Below are positions 9,112 through 18,795 of a DNA stretch of 42,207 nt, one piece after another. Below the pieces are notes generated by a model. It was not told the origin of the DNA. It searched no databases and saw only the letters and a program-made list of their open reading frames with translations. The stretch is taken from the NCBI GenBank assembly GCA_963754945.1, contig CAVWIG010000022.1, positions 1 to 42,207 on the forward strand. Reading direction: 5' to 3'. This DNA is from Methanotrichaceae archaeon (GTDB lineage: Archaea > Halobacteriota > Methanosarcinia > Methanotrichales > Methanotrichaceae). How positions within the stretch are numbered: position 1 is the first letter of the stretch; every line of letters begins with the position of its first letter. The position numbers and the translations under genes are program-made.

Positions 9112-9222
9112 TTAGCACTCCGTTTAGCACGAAACCGCGTTATAGTTAGCGATTTAGCGTTTTAGCCTCAGTTAAGCCCATTTACTTATTAGCGGACTTA
9201 GTATTTAAGTTTTTACGCTAAA
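9112..9222. repeat. TTAGC repeat cluster next to the att site (candidate integrase arm sites)
   Basis: TTAGC at 9112, 9124, 9146, 9154, 9162, 9189; inverted GCTAA near 9218. Confidence 0.55.
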
Positions 9223-9320
9223 TAGTTTCACTATATTTAGAGATAATGAGCCATTCCGCAAAGATGTACAAAAAGGGCGAAATTATTTAGTTCAATTTAA
9301 AATAATTATGTTTAAAAATG

Positions 9321-10685
9321 CTACTTCCCTAATTGAATAGCATCCTTTGAAAGTCCGAATGCAGCGATTATCTTTTTTGAGCGGGCCAATTGATCCCATG
9401 GACCCAAATTTGTATCGACATAGATATCCGTCCCCTCTATCTTCTCGCCATGCTTGAATTCATCAGGATTTTTTGAAAAGAAATTATATTTGGAACCTTT
9501 AATCTCTAGCACCTTTTCAAATCCATCCTTATGCCTGGATGCCATTATTGCACAAACTTTAGGGAGCATGTCTTTCCAGAGTTCGAGTTTATACGTTTGG
9601 CCTTCAAATATGAACGACTTTTCACCTGGTGGCTTAATCCCAGATGCTATTTGATCCGAATATTTATAAATATCATCTACTGAATTTATGGAAGTCATTG
9701 TTTCTTTCCCATTTTCATCAAAAAGACCAATCGATTTACGTTTATCATTTAAATATAAACGACATATAGTCCTCTGAGATGGGCCCTCAAGTAGAATATC
9801 AAAAGAGTTTTCAGAATCATTGGTAATGATCTGGTTAGGGCTTACTAGATCTTTTAATAAGGTTTTAACGATATAAAAGCCTTCTAATTTCTCTTTTGAT
9901 GATCCAATATTTTGTTCAGGAGAGTGAATAGTAATGACTGACCCTTCAGACGTTTTTGCAAGGTCCAATCTATAATTTATTTTATCTTCAATATACTGAT
10001 CAAGTGTCTTCTTCGTGAGCTTAGTAAATTGACTCACAACTTTATCGGTCACATTTCCGATATGCACTTGTGATGCAAAGTATTTGACAAATTTGGGAGA
10101 CGGATCTTTGAATTCTCTATCAATTAGTCTTCCTATATCACCCATATATTTAAGTTCACGTGCCCTATCTTTAACAGCAGTGGGGTCATATGGTTTGGAG
10201 AAATTCTTTAATTCCGCTATCGTAGAGTCTCTTATCTCTTTTATGCTAAATTCAAGAAATGGTTCATCATCTAGGACATTTTCTTTTACTAAATCAGTGT
10301 AAAATCTGTAAATAATACCATCGGTTAAAATAGCAAACTTAGGGTTCTCTGCAAACTTAGGGTCTTTGGCATTAATAAAATTAAAGTATGTTGCAAGTTG
10401 TGGAATATGCTCCTTATTTAAATCGGTACCATAACATTTACATTCAATTAATATTATTGGGTTTCCTTCTTTTAAAATTGCATAGTCAACTTTTTCATCC
10501 TTCTTACCGCCCCTATTCGCGCCGTACTCTGGCACAACTTCTTCAATACTCCTTATATCATAACCTAAAATGTCATTTATAAATGGCTGAACCAATGCGG
10601 TTTTAGTAGCTTCCTCAGTTTGAATATGCTCAACTTGTTTTTTAGCATGAGACTGCAATTCATGTATTTTATCAATGAAGTCCAT
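9321..10685 (-). CDS. HsdR N-terminal (type I restriction R-like) nuclease domain fused to a C-terminal SeqA-like domain
   Basis: TEEATKTALVQPF...VVPEY...KVDYAI...ILIECK...LTDG; C-terminal KGSKYNFFS...IEGTDIYVDTN resembles SeqA-C; likely start MDFIDKI at 10685. Confidence 0.8.
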   Translation of the reverse strand: MDFIDKIHELQSHAKKQVEHIQTEEATKTALVQPFINDILGYDIRSIEEVVPEYGANRGGKKDEKVDYAILKEGNPIILIECKCYGTDLNKEHIPQLATYFNFINAKDPKFAENPKFAILTDGIIYRFYTDLVKENVLDDEPFLEFSIKEIRDSTIAELKNFSKPYDPTAVKDRARELKYMGDIGRLIDREFKDPSPKFVKYFASQVHIGNVTDKVVSQFTKLTKKTLDQYIEDKINYRLDLAKTSEGSVITIHSPEQNIGSSKEKLEGFYIVKTLLKDLVSPNQIITNDSENSFDILLEGPSQRTICRLYLNDKRKSIGLFDENGKETMTSINSVDDIYKYSDQIASGIKPPGEKSFIFEGQTYKLELWKDMLPKVCAIMASRHKDGFEKVLEIKGSKYNFFSKNPDEFKHGEKIEGTDIYVDTNLGPWDQLARSKKIIAAFGLSKDAIQLGK

Positions 10686-11144
10686 TCTTATATCACCAGG
10701 TAGAGTCTTATGCCTCATACAAAGAATGAACGGAAATACTTTTGCATTATTTAATGTCAATCATGCCAATAAGCTGAGTGATAGCCTATGTGAAGATTAT
10801 ACTTAAATTTATTTGGATGTTACTGTTTTTATTTAACTGTATGTTTTAGTATGCTACTTTTCGCTTAGGTTCCCCATTTTACTAAGTCAACCATTACGTA
10901 GATTATAGTAATAGCAGCTTCATATAACGTAACTACATACTTATTGGGCTCCGAACCATGTTTATAAAATTGCACTTATGTCAATGGCGTTACGCCTATT
11001 GATTTTGCACCGAATAGCGTCACACGATTTTGAATTATATATCAAATGTAACAACTCCATGGAATGAAAAATATATTATATCTGTATCTGAAAGTTGTTG
11101 CTATTAGCTTCATTAAAGGAATCGGGAGCACATAGATGCTATAC

Positions 11145-11347
11145 AGGGAAAAGTAGAAGGTTATGAGAAGTCTAAAAAAGTAGATGATACGCCAATCTTA
11201 CCTATGAACCAGATCTATTATAACTTCATTAGGCCACATCAGGCACTGAAAGGTAAAACCCCTGCTGAAATGGCAGGGGTAGGAATCGATGGAGAGAATA
11301 AATGGATGGGATTGATTGAGAGAAGTGCTAAAAGGAGGAGTCCTTAA
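11145..11347 (+). pseudogene. C-terminal fragment of a DDE transposase (IS6/IS1-like), frameshifted
   Basis: KVMRSLK/VDDTPILPMNQIYYNFIRPHQALKGKTPAEMAGVG...KWMGLI. Confidence 0.75.
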
Positions 11348-12237
11348 ATTTCTTTATTGTATCCATTGCGCTTTGCTCCTAGTTCATGTTGTCTCTTTTC
11401 TACTAATATCTTGATATTTTTGAGAACCTCTTTGGCTTTTTGCTTATTCTCCGGAAATAAGGGTAATTTGAGATAAGTATCTATCTCTTTGTCCAACGGA
11501 TCTCTCGCCAAATCAAGAAACTCATACATTATTTTCTTAATCTCTGCACGCAATTTGGCAAGTTCTTCTCGCTCTTTTGGCCTCTGGAAATACTGTAGAA
11601 GTATATGAGCATCTATCAAACTCATGAATTCAATAATCTCGTCATCTTTGGCGAATGCGGCATGTAACGGACCAATAAGGTGTCTTAATTCGTCTTCTTC
11701 CTCCTTCGTGACTAATCCTTTCAATTTTTCCCCAAATTTGGTCGTTTCGTTTCTGGCGTCATCGAGTTCGCTTTGTTTTGTTTCCAAATCTTGCTTCGCC
11801 GTATGTACTTTATTCTCCAATTGAGATATTTCGTTTTTGGCAGCATCGAACTCATTTTGCTTTGATGCGAGTGCCTTCTCTGTCTTAGTTCGTTCGCTAT
11901 TCGCGTTTGCAAGTTGACGCTTATACACGTAAGTTATAACTGAATTGATAACTAACCCTGAGATGAGTATACCAATAAAAATCTGCTCGAATGATAAGCT
12001 CCAGAAAAGGGTCACGCTAAACCATCCCCGGAGATAGCCTAGTGCGAGTAATAAGATTGAACCTATTGTATATATATTGCCAATGTGACTGAGATACGAA
12101 TATATTTTTTGAACCCAGCGATTTTGTGAGATATTTCTTAATCTTGGTGGGCTCATAGCGCATCCTATTGGACATCGAGAATATAAGTTCTCTCCAACCG
12201 AGCAACTTATGTAAATTCGTTTCACTGTAATTAACAC
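11344..12237 (-). CDS. Two-TM membrane protein with a coiled coil (start probably MSPPRL near 12156)
   Basis: Two hydrophobic segments followed by heptad repeats. Confidence 0.7.
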   Translation of the reverse strand: MLITVKRIYISCSVGENLYSRCPIGCAMSPPRLRNISQNRWVQKIYSYLSHIGNIYTIGSILLLALGYLRGWFSVTLFWSLSFEQIFIGILISGLVINSVITYVYKRQLANANSERTKTEKALASKQNEFDAAKNEISQLENKVHTAKQDLETKQSELDDARNETTKFGEKLKGLVTKEEEDELRHLIGPLHAAFAKDDEIIEFMSLIDAHILLQYFQRPKEREELAKLRAEIKKIMYEFLDLARDPLDKEIDTYLKLPLFPENKQKAKEVLKNIKILVEKRQHELGAKRNGYNKEI

Positions 12238-12351
12238 AACAGTAACACGCCTTTAGGAAGTTGTTACCAGTAAACACCCTATCATGCGACATCACTTAAG
12301 AACACCCCCAAACGCGACAGAACCCCAAAGGCGAAAACTATTATAGAATAT

Positions 12352-12915
12352 CAAACCAGGCCGCGATTATCAAAAATGGCTTCTACGCAGAATCCTTCAG
12401 TCTCCGGACATGCAAACTGGACCTTGAGTTTGGCTAGCCGCTCCAGGTCGCCTGTCTCGATAAAGCGTCTCATCTTACGCTTAATCGCTTTCTGCGCAGC
12501 TCGAATCTGCTCCGGGGTCAACTTGGCAGACCTCCTTGGGCAGCTTCAGCAGCTTGCCTCATCTTTTGGTCGCTCAGGTACCTCTAGCCTAGCCAGCTCC
12601 ACGGTAACTTTGTTAATGGCATCGACCGCCATCAAATACGCATTATGTACCATCCCATTTGATGACTTGGTGTCTAAGCCCTCTACCTGTTAATAGGCTC
12701 TCCATGAAGGATTCATACTCATAAGACCTGCGGAATACCGGACTTGAAAGCCTATAATCCTTTATTTCGCCGATGTTCTTACGAATACGCTCCAATTGGT
12801 CCCGAATGCCCAAAAGCCGCTTGATGTCGCCTGACTCCTTGCAGCGCCGGATCTTACGCTTAATGTTCTTTTGCTGTTGTTCTATGTTGTCTAGGCTAAT
12901 TGTCTTAGCAGCCAT
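12352..12915 (-). pseudogene. Degraded element gene with an internally repeated domain
   Basis: ORF 12643-12915 (IKRKIRRCKESGDIKRL) appears to continue by frameshift and past a TGA into IKRKMRRFIETGDLERL. Confidence 0.45.
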
Positions 12916-13219
12916 CGCTTATACCTCGTACACGCGAAGGCCTCTTAGGTCTAGGTTTAGGCTTCATTTGCTCCAAGATCGCTGCGTAACGGTCCTGGAA
13001 CGTTGCCACCGCCTTCAGTGCCTTCTCATGTCGGTCTGCCATCATCGAAGCTGCGTGCTCCTCATCAAAACCCGATTCTCGGAGGCACGCGAGCTCTTGT
13101 AGGAGGTCTATATCGGAATCACTGAGGGATGTTAACACCAGACTCACAATGTCCGGCTCGGTTGTGGGCCGACCTTCCAAACGATCCAGCCGCTTCTGCA
13201 GGGCAGTTACAGCGACCAT
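12905..13219 (-). CDS. Small mobile-element protein (LQKRLDRLE motif)
   Basis: Overlapping operon arrangement; helical N-terminal LxxRLxRLE. Confidence 0.6.
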   Translation of the reverse strand: MVAVTALQKRLDRLEGRPTTEPDIVSLVLTSLSDSDIDLLQELACLRESGFDEEHAASMMADRHEKALKAVATFQDRYAAILEQMKPKPRPKRPSRVRGISDGC

Positions 13220-13458
13220 CGTCTGCCCTCTGAGCCTAATTGCTCCTCTAGGGCCTTCAGCCGCTTCTCGATGGCCTCGATCTTGCTCATTTCGTGGCCT
13301 TTTAACCAGACCTGTAGTAAGTTACAGATGCGGCCAGCGTTTTCTACCTGTTTGCCTTCATTGCAGATCTCTTCGAGAACCGACCTGATCAATTCCTTTA
13401 CATCGGAGACGTCATTTAATTTTAGACAGGAATATTTTCGACTATCATTTGAATTCAC
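13207..13458 (-). CDS. Small helical mobile-element protein (terminase-small/DUF5681-like pattern)
   Basis: LNDVSDVKELIRSVLEEI...AGRICNLLQVWLK...IEKRLKALE. Confidence 0.55.
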   Translation of the reverse strand: MNSNDSRKYSCLKLNDVSDVKELIRSVLEEICNEGKQVENAGRICNLLQVWLKGHEMSKIEAIEKRLKALEEQLGSEGRRWSL

Positions 13459-13567
13459 TAAAACCTCTTAATATTATTTGCTATGCGTTATAAATGTACG
13501 GGGGGGTATTACTTTAGGTTTGAACACTCAGGGCCTGCACATCAAAACACCCAGGCGCTTTGCTGGA

Positions 13568-13825
13568 CTACTGCTGCTTTTGACTAATAACGCGGTAATA
13601 ACGCGGATTTCCTCGGGTTGTAACTACTATCATGTCATGAAGCATATCATAAGGCACTGGCCATTCTTCGGGATGTGGTAACCTCGTGCCATATTCTGCG
13701 TCGGGAAAAATCTCAAAGTATTCCCTATCCGATTCATATACTTCATTCAGTGGCGGAATCTCCATTGAGGGTTTCGATTTAGTGTTGGTTAATGAAGCCT
13801 TAAATTCTTGCGTTAATATTTTCAA
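13568..13825 (-). CDS. Hypothetical mobile-element protein
   Basis: Co-oriented with the small-gene cluster; DREYFEIFPDAEY motif. Confidence 0.4.
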   Translation of the reverse strand: MKILTQEFKASLTNTKSKPSMEIPPLNEVYESDREYFEIFPDAEYGTRLPHPEEWPVPYDMLHDMIVVTTRGNPRYYRVISQKQQ

Positions 13826-13916
13826 TCTTTATAGTGGTTTTTTAGCATATTTCACCCCTAAATTGGCTTATTAGATTTCAATTTACCTTGTTGTTTCTAA
13901 TTTTTGCGCTTTTTTA

Positions 13917-15051
13917 GAGAGCTTCCGCTAGGCTGTTTGTTTATGCACTAAATATTTCAACTGTTCCAGGTTGTAAACGACCGAATTCATCATGAATTTT
14001 ACTCCAGCTCTTGCGACAGTTGTTACATAAACATGTGCTCCCTTATGCCCCCGCTTCATAACAGCGAAGCATCTTTCGATGTGCGATCGCGTTTTACTGA
14101 TTCTCTTATTCCTCAGAAGATCTATGATTCCAAGCTTGTGACCTCTTGTAGCTTTTTTCATGGCTGCATCATATCCTCGAGTTTTTGCACCATCATATCC
14201 CTTATCGGCGTAACGTGGTAGCCCTTCAATTCCAAGATCTACCTGACTATCGTGTACAGAAGCAGTTGTAGTCTCAAAATATCTGATAAGGTGGTAATTG
14301 GTATCGATTGAGATATGACCTTTATATCCGAAAAAGGATTTGACACCCTTTTTTGCCCAACTTCCCTCATTTATTGGCTCTTCTTCGAGTCTCTGTGGTT
14401 TGGCCTTGTCATCAATAATATTATTTGAAATACCAATTAGCTCTTTATCAAACTCCTGATTCAGGCTCGTACTGGTGGCTTCGGAATCTTGACCTTCCTT
14501 TTTGTCCCCGCCTTGCTCGTCTTTCTTGTTCCTCTTCCGACCTGGGTCCGAAGTTATGAAGGTTGCATCCTGGATAGTGCCATTCTTTACAGTAAACCCC
14601 ATCTCATCGAGCTGCCTTTGAAGCTCATTCCAAAGATCATCGTATACGTCGCACTTAATCAAACGTTCACGGAATAGCCAAACTGTGCTGAAATCAGGAA
14701 TTACTTCAGTGGTGCCAAGGAAAATACGAAAAGAGATCCTATCCGCAACCTGTCGCTCCAGTTCTGGATCTGTTAGACCAAACCAATGCTGAATTACGAG
14801 AGCTTTCACCATAATCACGATGTCAATGTTCGGACGACCTCCGCGGCTAGTTTTATTTTTGTATATCAATGGTTCCAAAAATCTGAAACGCTCCCAATTG
14901 ATCAACGATCCGATCTCGGATAGATCATCTCCGAGGGCTTTTACTCGAGCATATTCTGCTCGAATGGCAAAATCAATGAGAGTCCTCATGCATTATATTA
15001 TAGTATTAATAGTATATAAGTATTTCGATTGATTAGTTTTTCGAAACTCTC
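13917..15051 (-). mobile_element. IS5-family insertion sequence
   Basis: Imperfect TIRs GAGAGCTTC (13917) and GAAACTCTC (15043-15051) flank the transposase; no matching TSD. Confidence 0.85.
13928..14989 (-). CDS. IS5 family transposase
   Basis: GGRP, LTDPELE, PDFSTVWLFRERL, IQDAT, FGYKGH, YADKGY and RSHIERCF motifs. Confidence 0.95.
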   Translation of the reverse strand: MRTLIDFAIRAEYARVKALGDDLSEIGSLINWERFRFLEPLIYKNKTSRGGRPNIDIVIMVKALVIQHWFGLTDPELERQVADRISFRIFLGTTEVIPDFSTVWLFRERLIKCDVYDDLWNELQRQLDEMGFTVKNGTIQDATFITSDPGRKRNKKDEQGGDKKEGQDSEATSTSLNQEFDKELIGISNNIIDDKAKPQRLEEEPINEGSWAKKGVKSFFGYKGHISIDTNYHLIRYFETTTASVHDSQVDLGIEGLPRYADKGYDGAKTRGYDAAMKKATRGHKLGIIDLLRNKRISKTRSHIERCFAVMKRGHKGAHVYVTTVARAGVKFMMNSVVYNLEQLKYLVHKQTA

Positions 15052-15346
15052 AAAGGATTTGGAGAACCGGTTGAAAGATTTCAAAGGCATCGGGCCGGTG
15101 ACGGGGCAGATATTCTTAAGGGAGATGAGAGGGGTTTGGGACATCAATCTGGATGTATCGAATAAAGCGTTGGAGATGGCAGAGTCGCTGGGCATAGATT
15201 TAGAGGAGTTTTCCGGTGAAAAGCTATCCCGAGTGGAAACTGCGCTTATTAAACTTTACATCAGATGCCGCAAGAAAAAGAGATGTGTAGAATGTCCCCT
15301 TTCCGAATGCCAAAGGAAAGTTATCCCTCATAGACCTAGAGAATAG
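15052..15346 (+). pseudogene. C-terminal part of an HhH-GPD-like protein truncated by IS5
   Basis: LKDFKGIGPVTGQIFLRE HhH motif and CxxxxxCxxCPxxxC; the ORF start lies inside the IS end. Confidence 0.7.
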
Positions 15347-15532
15347 AATCACCCAAAATAGATGAAGATCGATGAGACGATGCGTGCTGTAATCCTTGGA
15401 AATAACAGGTTAAAGCTAATGAATATATAGCAATGGTCGGCCTTCACAATATCATTATTAGACCGTATGAGCATAGTCCTCGAATACAGTCATCCAAAAC
15501 TTTTCTATACTTTTGCAATATTATAGTAATTC

Positions 15533-15823
15533 ATGATAGTAGCTGACTTTTCCATGGTTCCTATGGGATCTGGGACCAGCGCGGCGAAGTACATTAGGGC
15601 TGTTTACGATATTCTGAGAGAATCAGGCGTAAAGTTTGTTCCTGGCCCGATGTCCACTTCGGTTGAGACCAAAAGCTTCGAAGAACTCTTTGGTCTGATA
15701 GAGAAGGCGAACCAGAGGCTTAAAGAGATGGGTGTCCAGAGGATAATCACTTCTGTAAACATAGACTACCGCTTGGACAAGGAGATTTCTATCGAATCCA
15801 AACTCAGGGCGACTGGAAAATGA
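15533..15823 (+). CDS. MTH1187/YkoF family thiamine-binding protein
   Basis: ADFSMVPMG...GPMSTSVE...RIITSVNIDYRLDK. Confidence 0.9.
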   Translation: MIVADFSMVPMGSGTSAAKYIRAVYDILRESGVKFVPGPMSTSVETKSFEELFGLIEKANQRLKEMGVQRIITSVNIDYRLDKEISIESKLRATGK

Positions 15824-15898
15824 GCTGTCATCTGAGTGCTTTAATCAGGGCTCTCCGCGCGAAACTAGAATGAGATAAGAAACTCGGGAAATGTATCA

Positions 15899-16060
15899 AT
15901 GGTTATAAGCAGCTTTCTGACCAACTGTCCCAGATGCGGCTATATTGTCGAGGCTTGGACAGAGGACGGGGTCACAGCAAAAGTGCGATGCAGAATGTGT
16001 GGCTACGAGGGAACTCTGCCAAATCCCGACCTTAAGGATAAACTCTGGAGAATCGGATAA
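15899..16060 (+). CDS. Small CPxCG zinc-finger protein, 53 aa, not in the ORF track
   Basis: MVISSFLTNCPRCGYIVEAWTEDGVTAKVRCRMCGYEGTLPNPDLKDKLWRIG. Confidence 0.7.
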   Translation: MVISSFLTNCPRCGYIVEAWTEDGVTAKVRCRMCGYEGTLPNPDLKDKLWRIG

Positions 16061-16505
16061 TTTATTACCAGTTAGTGGTTCCTGGTTCCCGTTCCTGCAA
16101 GGATGGAGAAAAGGCTCCGTTCATAGTGCTTGCCATATCCGGCTCTTCCGCCTGGAAACTAATCCCCATTCATCCATCGATTGAGGGGCTGGGAGAGGCC
16201 AAGAATTGCTAAAACACAATATTTATATATTCGTTGATTGTCGTATATTGCTAGTTATGTTTTGCAGTAATCTGATTTTATCCCACAAGCTCATCGGTAG
16301 TTCGCCAGTAGCTAGGCACTATCTCCAGGACTGCGCCGACCAACATGCAATGCTGGCATTGATAAGCAACCAATTTGAGATTGGATTATGCACCTGTGCC
16401 TGGCTGATGGATCGGCTGCAGACTTGGTATCAATCTCGTGCATCTATGGTCAGGAGCTATTAGTTGAATGAAGATCAATCTGAATAACACCCTGAGCGGA
16501 TTATA

Positions 16506-16760
16506 GTGGTTAGCGATATTATCAGGCCAGAAGAGGCAGCATTGATCGTGTTCCTGAACTCCAGGGGCAAATACTTTAGAGTCTCCGATCCCAATGGTTT
16601 GAGGCGGCTCTCCAAGCGCTTTGGCCTTACTGAGAAGGATATCGTAGCGGCTCTTCGCGCTTCAGGCTTTGATCTTGTGCTGAAGATACCGATTAAGGCT
16701 TACTGGATGCGAAAAGAGGTTCTGCCCGAGAGGGCCGAGGATGATGAGGCTTCGACCTAA
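16506..16760 (+). CDS. Hypothetical protein
   Basis: Protein-like composition, core-like GC, GTG start. Confidence 0.55.
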   Translation: MVSDIIRPEEAALIVFLNSRGKYFRVSDPNGLRRLSKRFGLTEKDIVAALRASGFDLVLKIPIKAYWMRKEVLPERAEDDEAST

Positions 16761-16922
16761 AGAGAGCGCAAGCCGTTACAGAGGCGCTTAGACCATTCCT
16801 AGATCGAAGCTGTTAAGAATAGTGCTTGCGAGTAGATAATCTCAGGAACTCAATAGCACTCAAACTCATAGCAAAGGAGAAAGCCATTCTTTCATGATCT
16901 ACTCCTCATGAAGAGGTGTTAA

Positions 16923-17771
16923 ATGACTGCTATTTTTTGGGCGGATGAAGCCGATTATCTTTACTCACAAGGCGAATATGATGAAGCTATCGGGTTCTAT
17001 GATAGAGCTATTGAGGCCGCCCCCAAAAACGCGGAATTATGGAACAGCAGAGGCCTGGCTTTATGTCATCTCGGCAGATATGAAGATGCCATTGAGTCCT
17101 TTTGCAGGACCCTCGAAATTGATCCGGAACACGTCGATGCCCGGAATAATAGAGGAGTTGTTCTCTATAAGCAGAATAAATATGCTGAGGCCATCGGATA
17201 CTTTGATGAAATTATCGAAATGAATCCCGAATACGTCAAAGCCTGGTACAACAAAGGTGTAGTCTTAGGCAAGATTGGGAATTATCTGGAGGCGATCAAT
17301 CATTACGACAGGACCCTCGAGCTAAATCCATGTGGAGCCAAAGTCTGGAGCAACAAGGGAGCCGCTTTGGGCTGCCTGGGCAGATATAACGAGGCAGTAT
17401 TGTGTTTCGACAAGGCCATCGAACTCGATTCCAAGAACGCCGAAGCTTGGAACAACAAAGGAGCTGCTTTGGGCAAGCTTGGCCGATACGATGAGGCAAT
17501 GGTGTGCTTTGACCGGTCAATAGAAAGAGATCCTATGCAACCCGAAGTATGGTACAACAAAGGCGAAGCGCTGAGGCGTCAGGATAAATATGCTGAGGCT
17601 ATCCAGCAGTTTGATAAAGCCATCGAAATAGATCCTGCATATAGCAAAGCATGGATCAGCTTGGGTCTTGCCCTCAAGGCTCTCGGCAGAGACGCAGAGG
17701 CCGATGTTGCCTTTGCCGAGGCTGCTGCAAAAGAGAGTGATTACCTAGCGGTTCATGATCATTTTGAGTAA
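16923..17771 (+). CDS. Tetratricopeptide repeat protein
   Basis: About 8 34-aa repeats of WxNKGxxLxxLGxYxEAxxxFDKA; GAGGTG RBS. Confidence 0.95.
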   Translation: MTAIFWADEADYLYSQGEYDEAIGFYDRAIEAAPKNAELWNSRGLALCHLGRYEDAIESFCRTLEIDPEHVDARNNRGVVLYKQNKYAEAIGYFDEIIEMNPEYVKAWYNKGVVLGKIGNYLEAINHYDRTLELNPCGAKVWSNKGAALGCLGRYNEAVLCFDKAIELDSKNAEAWNNKGAALGKLGRYDEAMVCFDRSIERDPMQPEVWYNKGEALRRQDKYAEAIQQFDKAIEIDPAYSKAWISLGLALKALGRDAEADVAFAEAAAKESDYLAVHDHFE

Positions 17772-18130
17772 GAGTCCTGGAGCATCCTCTCGATATGGAC
17801 TTTTAGCGGAGGAAGCTCTGTCGTCAGGACGTTCCATGCAATCTTCCAGTTCACCTGAAAGTAGTGATGGATCAGTTTGTCTCTCATTGCAGCCATCATC
17901 TTCCACTCGATCTCAGGATGTTCTTTCTTTAGTTCAGGAGAGATGTTTTTGGTGGCTTCGCCAATGATCTCAAGGCTTCTGACGACGCCTCGCTGCAATA
18001 GCTCGTCCTCCAAGAGGTCTTCGAACCCCAGGCTCTCGACATGAGTGGTCAGGAAAGTTATCTCGTCCAGGATATGCCCCAGAAAGACGGAATCGTCTTT
18101 AATCAGCCCACACCACCTCTTTCTCCACAT
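17759..18130 (-). CDS. hepT: HepT-like (DUF86, HEPN) ribonuclease toxin; true start probably near 18105
   Basis: RSLEIIGEA and MRDKLIHHYF (Rx4HxY). Confidence 0.9.
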   Translation of the reverse strand: MWRKRWCGLIKDDSVFLGHILDEITFLTTHVESLGFEDLLEDELLQRGVVRSLEIIGEATKNISPELKKEHPEIEWKMMAAMRDKLIHHYFQVNWKIAWNVLTTELPPLKVHIERMLQDSYSK

Positions 18131-18380
18131 AGGGCCTGATTCTATGGCTGATTCCTTCCGGAGTTAATAGGTCAACCCTCCGGCCAAAGAGGTCCTCCAA
18201 GAAGAAAGCAAGGTTCATGAAGTTCCTGAACGTCGGGTCTTCGAACTCCACCAGTATGTCGATGTCGCTATCTTTCGTCTCTTCTCCTCTGACAAAAGAG
18301 CCGAAGAGGCCTATGCGACGCACAGCGAAGCGGTCCTTGATCTCTTGCTCATGGCTTCTAAGGATCTCGATGACTTTCAA
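18099..18380 (-). CDS. mntA: MNT minimal nucleotidyltransferase antitoxin
   Basis: GLFGSFVRGEETKDSDIDILV (GSx10DxD); directly upstream of HepT. Confidence 0.92.
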   Translation of the reverse strand: MKVIEILRSHEQEIKDRFAVRRIGLFGSFVRGEETKDSDIDILVEFEDPTFRNFMNLAFFLEDLFGRRVDLLTPEGISHRIRPYVEKEVVWAD

Positions 18381-18594
18381 AAGAACACCTCGGTGAGTAT
18401 GCCAATGCTCGTAACTCCCTTAATCAAATGATTTCTATAGATTTATCTATTTCCCAAAGCTATTGAATTCTACTAGATACAACCGATATCTTGTCAATCC
18501 TTTCTTGCTAAACAGCGGGGAAAATTATAAAATATCTAAATATACCTACTCACTTTCATTTCATCCTGGGTGCAACTTTTCCCACGTACATCAT

Positions 18595-18795
18595 CTACTC
18601 TTCCTTCGGTTTGGAGCCGCCTCGACCAACTTTTACGTACATGCCCCGATCTTGAAGGGTAGGCTCAAGGATTATTATCAAAAGCTCTTTATTCTTGAGC
18701 GTCTTATCGAGATAAATCTTACTTTGGGCATCGGTTCTCTTGTAGGCGATACCCAGGGGAACTCTTTCAACACCGTTATCATCAATTATCTTCAT
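18595..18795 (-). CDS. Small protein, possibly AbrB/DUF2080-like
   Basis: SKIYLDKTLKNKELLIIIL pattern; GAGTGGT upstream; AGCTA repeats in the promoter at 18847-18878. Confidence 0.4.
   Translation of the reverse strand: MKIIDDNGVERVPLGIAYKRTDAQSKIYLDKTLKNKELLIIILEPTLQDRGMYVKVGRGGSKPKEE

Noticed and set aside
16206-16463. 85-aa ORF
   Set aside because: TTG start, no RBS or recognisable motif; likely spurious
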